Source: Candidatus Hydrogenedentota bacterium
GTDB lineage: Bacteria; Hydrogenedentota; Hydrogenedentia; Hydrogenedentales; SLHB01
Length of the DNA: 64,000 nucleotides
Reading direction: 5' to 3'
NCBI GenBank assembly: GCA_045863335.1
Contig: BTVY01000004.1
Location: forward strand, 1 to 64,000
A program made the position numbers and the translations under genes. Positions 61,279-64,000 of this stretch are shown here, in pieces. The stretch's first letter is position 1. Each line of letters begins with the position of its first letter. Under the pieces are notes generated by a model. It searched no databases. It was given only the letters and a program-made list of their open reading frames with translations, and was not told the origin of the DNA.

Positions 61279-62691
61279 ATGCATGATTTCGTACGGACAA
61301 GGTGTATGACCTGTACTATAAATAGGAAAACTGCAAAGGTTGACGCGTGCGTCGCAGCGACGATGCTTTCATGGCCTAAGCCATATCTAGCGTCGGATTC
61401 AATTGAATCCCTGCAAATTGGGGGCGTTTTGAATTCCTCCCGATTCCGTGACTTCGTTATTGCGCATCGAATCTACCCTCTGGTTTTACGTAACCTCTCT
61501 CACCTAGGACGAGGTTCTATAGAAGTCCACCATCGACAACTTGCAGGAGTACTCTATAAGGTGCTTCTGCGGGATTGGTGCCCGACTTTTGCTATACTGC
61601 GAGATACCTACATCGCAACTAGGGCTATATTCGAAAGCCTATCACAACCGTTTACCATATTGAGGGGGTTGCATTTGGCTTCGCTGTACTACGAGGAGCC
61701 ACACGATCGCGTCTTTGGGGATATAGACATACTATGCATGGACAAGCCGAACATGGTTACGCTTAGCGCGTTCGCAGACGCTGGTTTTCTTCCATTAAGA
61801 CTGGCAGATTTTCGTGCGGCCCAAGAAAAGTACGTCTGCCAGATAGAACTAAGGCATAGGATGACCGGCGTACGGCTGGACATCAACTGGAAATTGACCG
61901 GCAACGGACAAAATGGTGGTTTGAGTTTCGATACGACCAAAGTGTGGGAGCGCGCCCAAGGGAAATCGGCAGTCGAATACGAACTTTCCCCAACAGACAC
62001 GCTGTTAGATGTCGCTAGGCACATCGCACAAGGCCATGAATACGATGGTTATACTGTGCAGGCGTGTGCTGACATTTGTCGCATAATGATCCGAGATGGC
62101 GAAAGAATCGATTGGGACTACTTTGAGAGCCAAGTACGACTCGCAAAATTTGAGCGAGCTGCTGCGTTTTTTCTTGATTACTATGATCGTAATTATGCCT
62201 TAAATGAACGAATGCCGAGATTCAGCGAGCGTTTTCTCGGATTTCGAAACTTCGGAGTGCCCCTCTACGAGCGAAGATATATGCGCCACTTAATTACTGT
62301 TCAATCATGGAATTTCCGAAGACGCTCAAACAGTGTCGGCCGACTTTTCATAGCAAATGTCTGTCTAATTGTGAAGTACTTTTCGACCACAAATGGTGCT
62401 GACCTCGTGAGACTAGGCCGCATAACGGTTATTTGGCCGCCAAGCGGTATTGTGATTTTACTCGATGACGAAGCGTTTACGGGTGCACTTTACATGAAGA
62501 GGATGCGTGTCTACGTAATGCTTTGCACATACCTATTTCCGGGGCTCGTGTTTGGGGTGTCTACCAGATTAGTTTGCATGATTTTGTCCCTACTGCATCC
62601 TCGCAATCGCCGCAAGCAAGCGTTCTTGATGGGCAAAATAGAGAGTGGCCTCGCACGTAGCGAATGTGGTGAAAAGGAGAAAATGGTGTGA
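61279..62691 (+). CDS. Nucleotidyltransferase-family (NTP_transf_5-like) protein
   Basis: LRG..LA..YY..P..R..GDIDIL, LDINW. Confidence 0.8.
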   Translation: MHDFVRTRCMTCTINRKTAKVDACVAATMLSWPKPYLASDSIESLQIGGVLNSSRFRDFVIAHRIYPLVLRNLSHLGRGSIEVHHRQLAGVLYKVLLRDWCPTFAILRDTYIATRAIFESLSQPFTILRGLHLASLYYEEPHDRVFGDIDILCMDKPNMVTLSAFADAGFLPLRLADFRAAQEKYVCQIELRHRMTGVRLDINWKLTGNGQNGGLSFDTTKVWERAQGKSAVEYELSPTDTLLDVARHIAQGHEYDGYTVQACADICRIMIRDGERIDWDYFESQVRLAKFERAAAFFLDYYDRNYALNERMPRFSERFLGFRNFGVPLYERRYMRHLITVQSWNFRRRSNSVGRLFIANVCLIVKYFSTTNGADLVRLGRITVIWPPSGIVILLDDEAFTGALYMKRMRVYVMLCTYLFPGLVFGVSTRLVCMILSLLHPRNRRKQAFLMGKIESGLARSECGEKEKMV

Positions 62692-63725
62692 AAAGTTGTT
62701 TTCGACTTCAGTCGATTGGTGTTCTCGCATTGGCATTTTCCTTTGGCGTTTTTTCACTACTTGAGCTCGAAGCGCATGCGGAGGCGATAGTTCACGTTTT
62801 GGAACCAAACGTCGAAATCGAAGAATGGCCACTTGAGATTTCGTTTGAGCATCAGTTCGTAGTCGAGAATAGAGGGGATGAAGATTTAGTGCTGGAAGTT
62901 GGATCAAAGAGTTGTGGCTGTATTACATCCTTTCTAACGTTAGAGCATATTAGTCCTGGCGCTGTTGGAAAAGTCGGGATACGGACCGATAATCGTTCGG
63001 TTGCAAATCGGCCCTACCTAGAAAGTATGACCGTAGTACTAGAGACAAATGATCCGGACCATCCAACTATTACCCTTTCGGCGAGGGCCAATATTGTGCC
63101 GGTCGCGTATGTTGTAGAAAAGACGGTTAACCTTGGAGAACTGGAAGTGGGAAGTATCGGGACCGGAAAGTTTCTGCTTCGGCACCGAGTACCAATGGAG
63201 ATTGTTGATATTGAGAATTCCTCCCCTGCGCTCACGGTAAGCAATGTAAGAAGCTTTCCTGATGGAGAGTGGAGAATAAAGGAGTTCTCAGTCGAGTTTA
63301 TGCAGCCGGAAGTTGCCGCATGGGTGAGTGAGACAACTATGCTAACAACGGACAACGTCCTGATTCCCGTGATAGAGGTAGATATTGAGTCGAAGTCAAA
63401 GTATGTACTTAGGGCGGATCCTGGGGTGGTGAGTTTCGGCGGAGTATTGCTTGGGGATTCTGCATTGCGAACCGTAATACTGAATTCTGAGGACGAAGGC
63501 ATCTCAGAGCCGGATCATCTTGCCTTAGACAATCCGGACATTGAGGGAAAGATCGTCAAGTCGAATGCTCGGTCGGAATACGAATTGGAGATTCTCGTAC
63601 ATCCTACGTCGCTTTGCGGGGTTCGCCGTGGTTTCGTGCGAGTTTATTCATCTGATGCTCAGCTTTTGAGTCTCGTTGGATATATCTACAGCTGCCCAAG
63701 AAGACTAAACTTGGAGGCGAAATGA
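62688..63725 (+). CDS. DUF1573-domain exported protein
   Basis: F.V.N.GDEDL......SCGC......I.PG..G; TNDPD.P. Confidence 0.85.
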   Translation: MKSCFRLQSIGVLALAFSFGVFSLLELEAHAEAIVHVLEPNVEIEEWPLEISFEHQFVVENRGDEDLVLEVGSKSCGCITSFLTLEHISPGAVGKVGIRTDNRSVANRPYLESMTVVLETNDPDHPTITLSARANIVPVAYVVEKTVNLGELEVGSIGTGKFLLRHRVPMEIVDIENSSPALTVSNVRSFPDGEWRIKEFSVEFMQPEVAAWVSETTMLTTDNVLIPVIEVDIESKSKYVLRADPGVVSFGGVLLGDSALRTVILNSEDEGISEPDHLALDNPDIEGKIVKSNARSEYELEILVHPTSLCGVRRGFVRVYSSDAQLLSLVGYIYSCPRRLNLEAK

Positions 63726-63771
63726 AAAATCATTTAGGGTGAGATTCACTCAGAGGAGTTAAAGGAGTCCG

Positions 63772-64000
63772 ATGTCGAATATGAATAAGGAAATGCTTCT
63801 ACCGAAGTGGGTGCCCGGAATTGTCAAACACGATTTAGGTTCTGAGTCATTTCTCCATGATGAGCAGAATGAGCGCATCCACGTGCTTAATTGCACTGCG
63901 AGTCTTATCTGGGATCATTGCGATGGTCATACTTCCTATCAAGAGATGCTTGGTATTTTACTGAGAGAGTTTTCGGATGTTACGGTTGATGTGCTACGAA
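63772..64000 (+). CDS. PqqD-family (RiPP recognition element) protein, runs off the window
   Basis: My translation: ...IHVLNCTASLIWDHCDGHTS..EM...L...F; RBS aaggag. Confidence 0.8.
   Translation, partial: MSNMNKEMLLPKWVPGIVKHDLGSESFLHDEQNERIHVLNCTASLIWDHCDGHTSYQEMLGILLREFSDVTVDVLR

Overview
GC-rich bacterial chromosome segment. The host part (1-9877) carries a rhodanese, acs, an IS200/RAYT-type tnpA, a DnaK-like fragment, mutM and the 5' part of comM. comM is cut at its AMNP|CPCG motif by a large serine-recombinase island. The host 3' half of comM is not visible, so the island probably runs past the window end. The island carries hicBA, DUF2130-SIR2-HerA-KTSC, two VirD4/TrwB-like ATPases, an orphan TIR effector, an IS21 remnant and a full second comM that is recoded at the insertion motif. 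Nested inside (about 26.3-47 kb) is a second serine recombinase with a rep-like module. The 3' end of that recombinase gene, including a putative att core, recurs through 26309-40899 as full, deleted or partial copies. These repeats separate cargo blocks: a bacterial ubiquitin-like operon, a nucleotide/sugar-modification cluster, small ORFs, and a nuclease-like gene paired with an unannotated structured RNA. This integron-like or tandem mini-element array is the most novel feature. The right end (51-64 kb) is a secretion/RiPP-like locus. It has an unannotated 36-aa YxxP peptide, an HprK-like kinase, a nucleotidyltransferase, PqqD, and two secreted HExxH metallopeptidases with an identical N-terminus and different C-termini. 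Each peptidase is followed by a partner gene, and orphan copies of both partners sit at 4.7-6.5 kb. All family calls come from motif recognition by eye; no searches were run.
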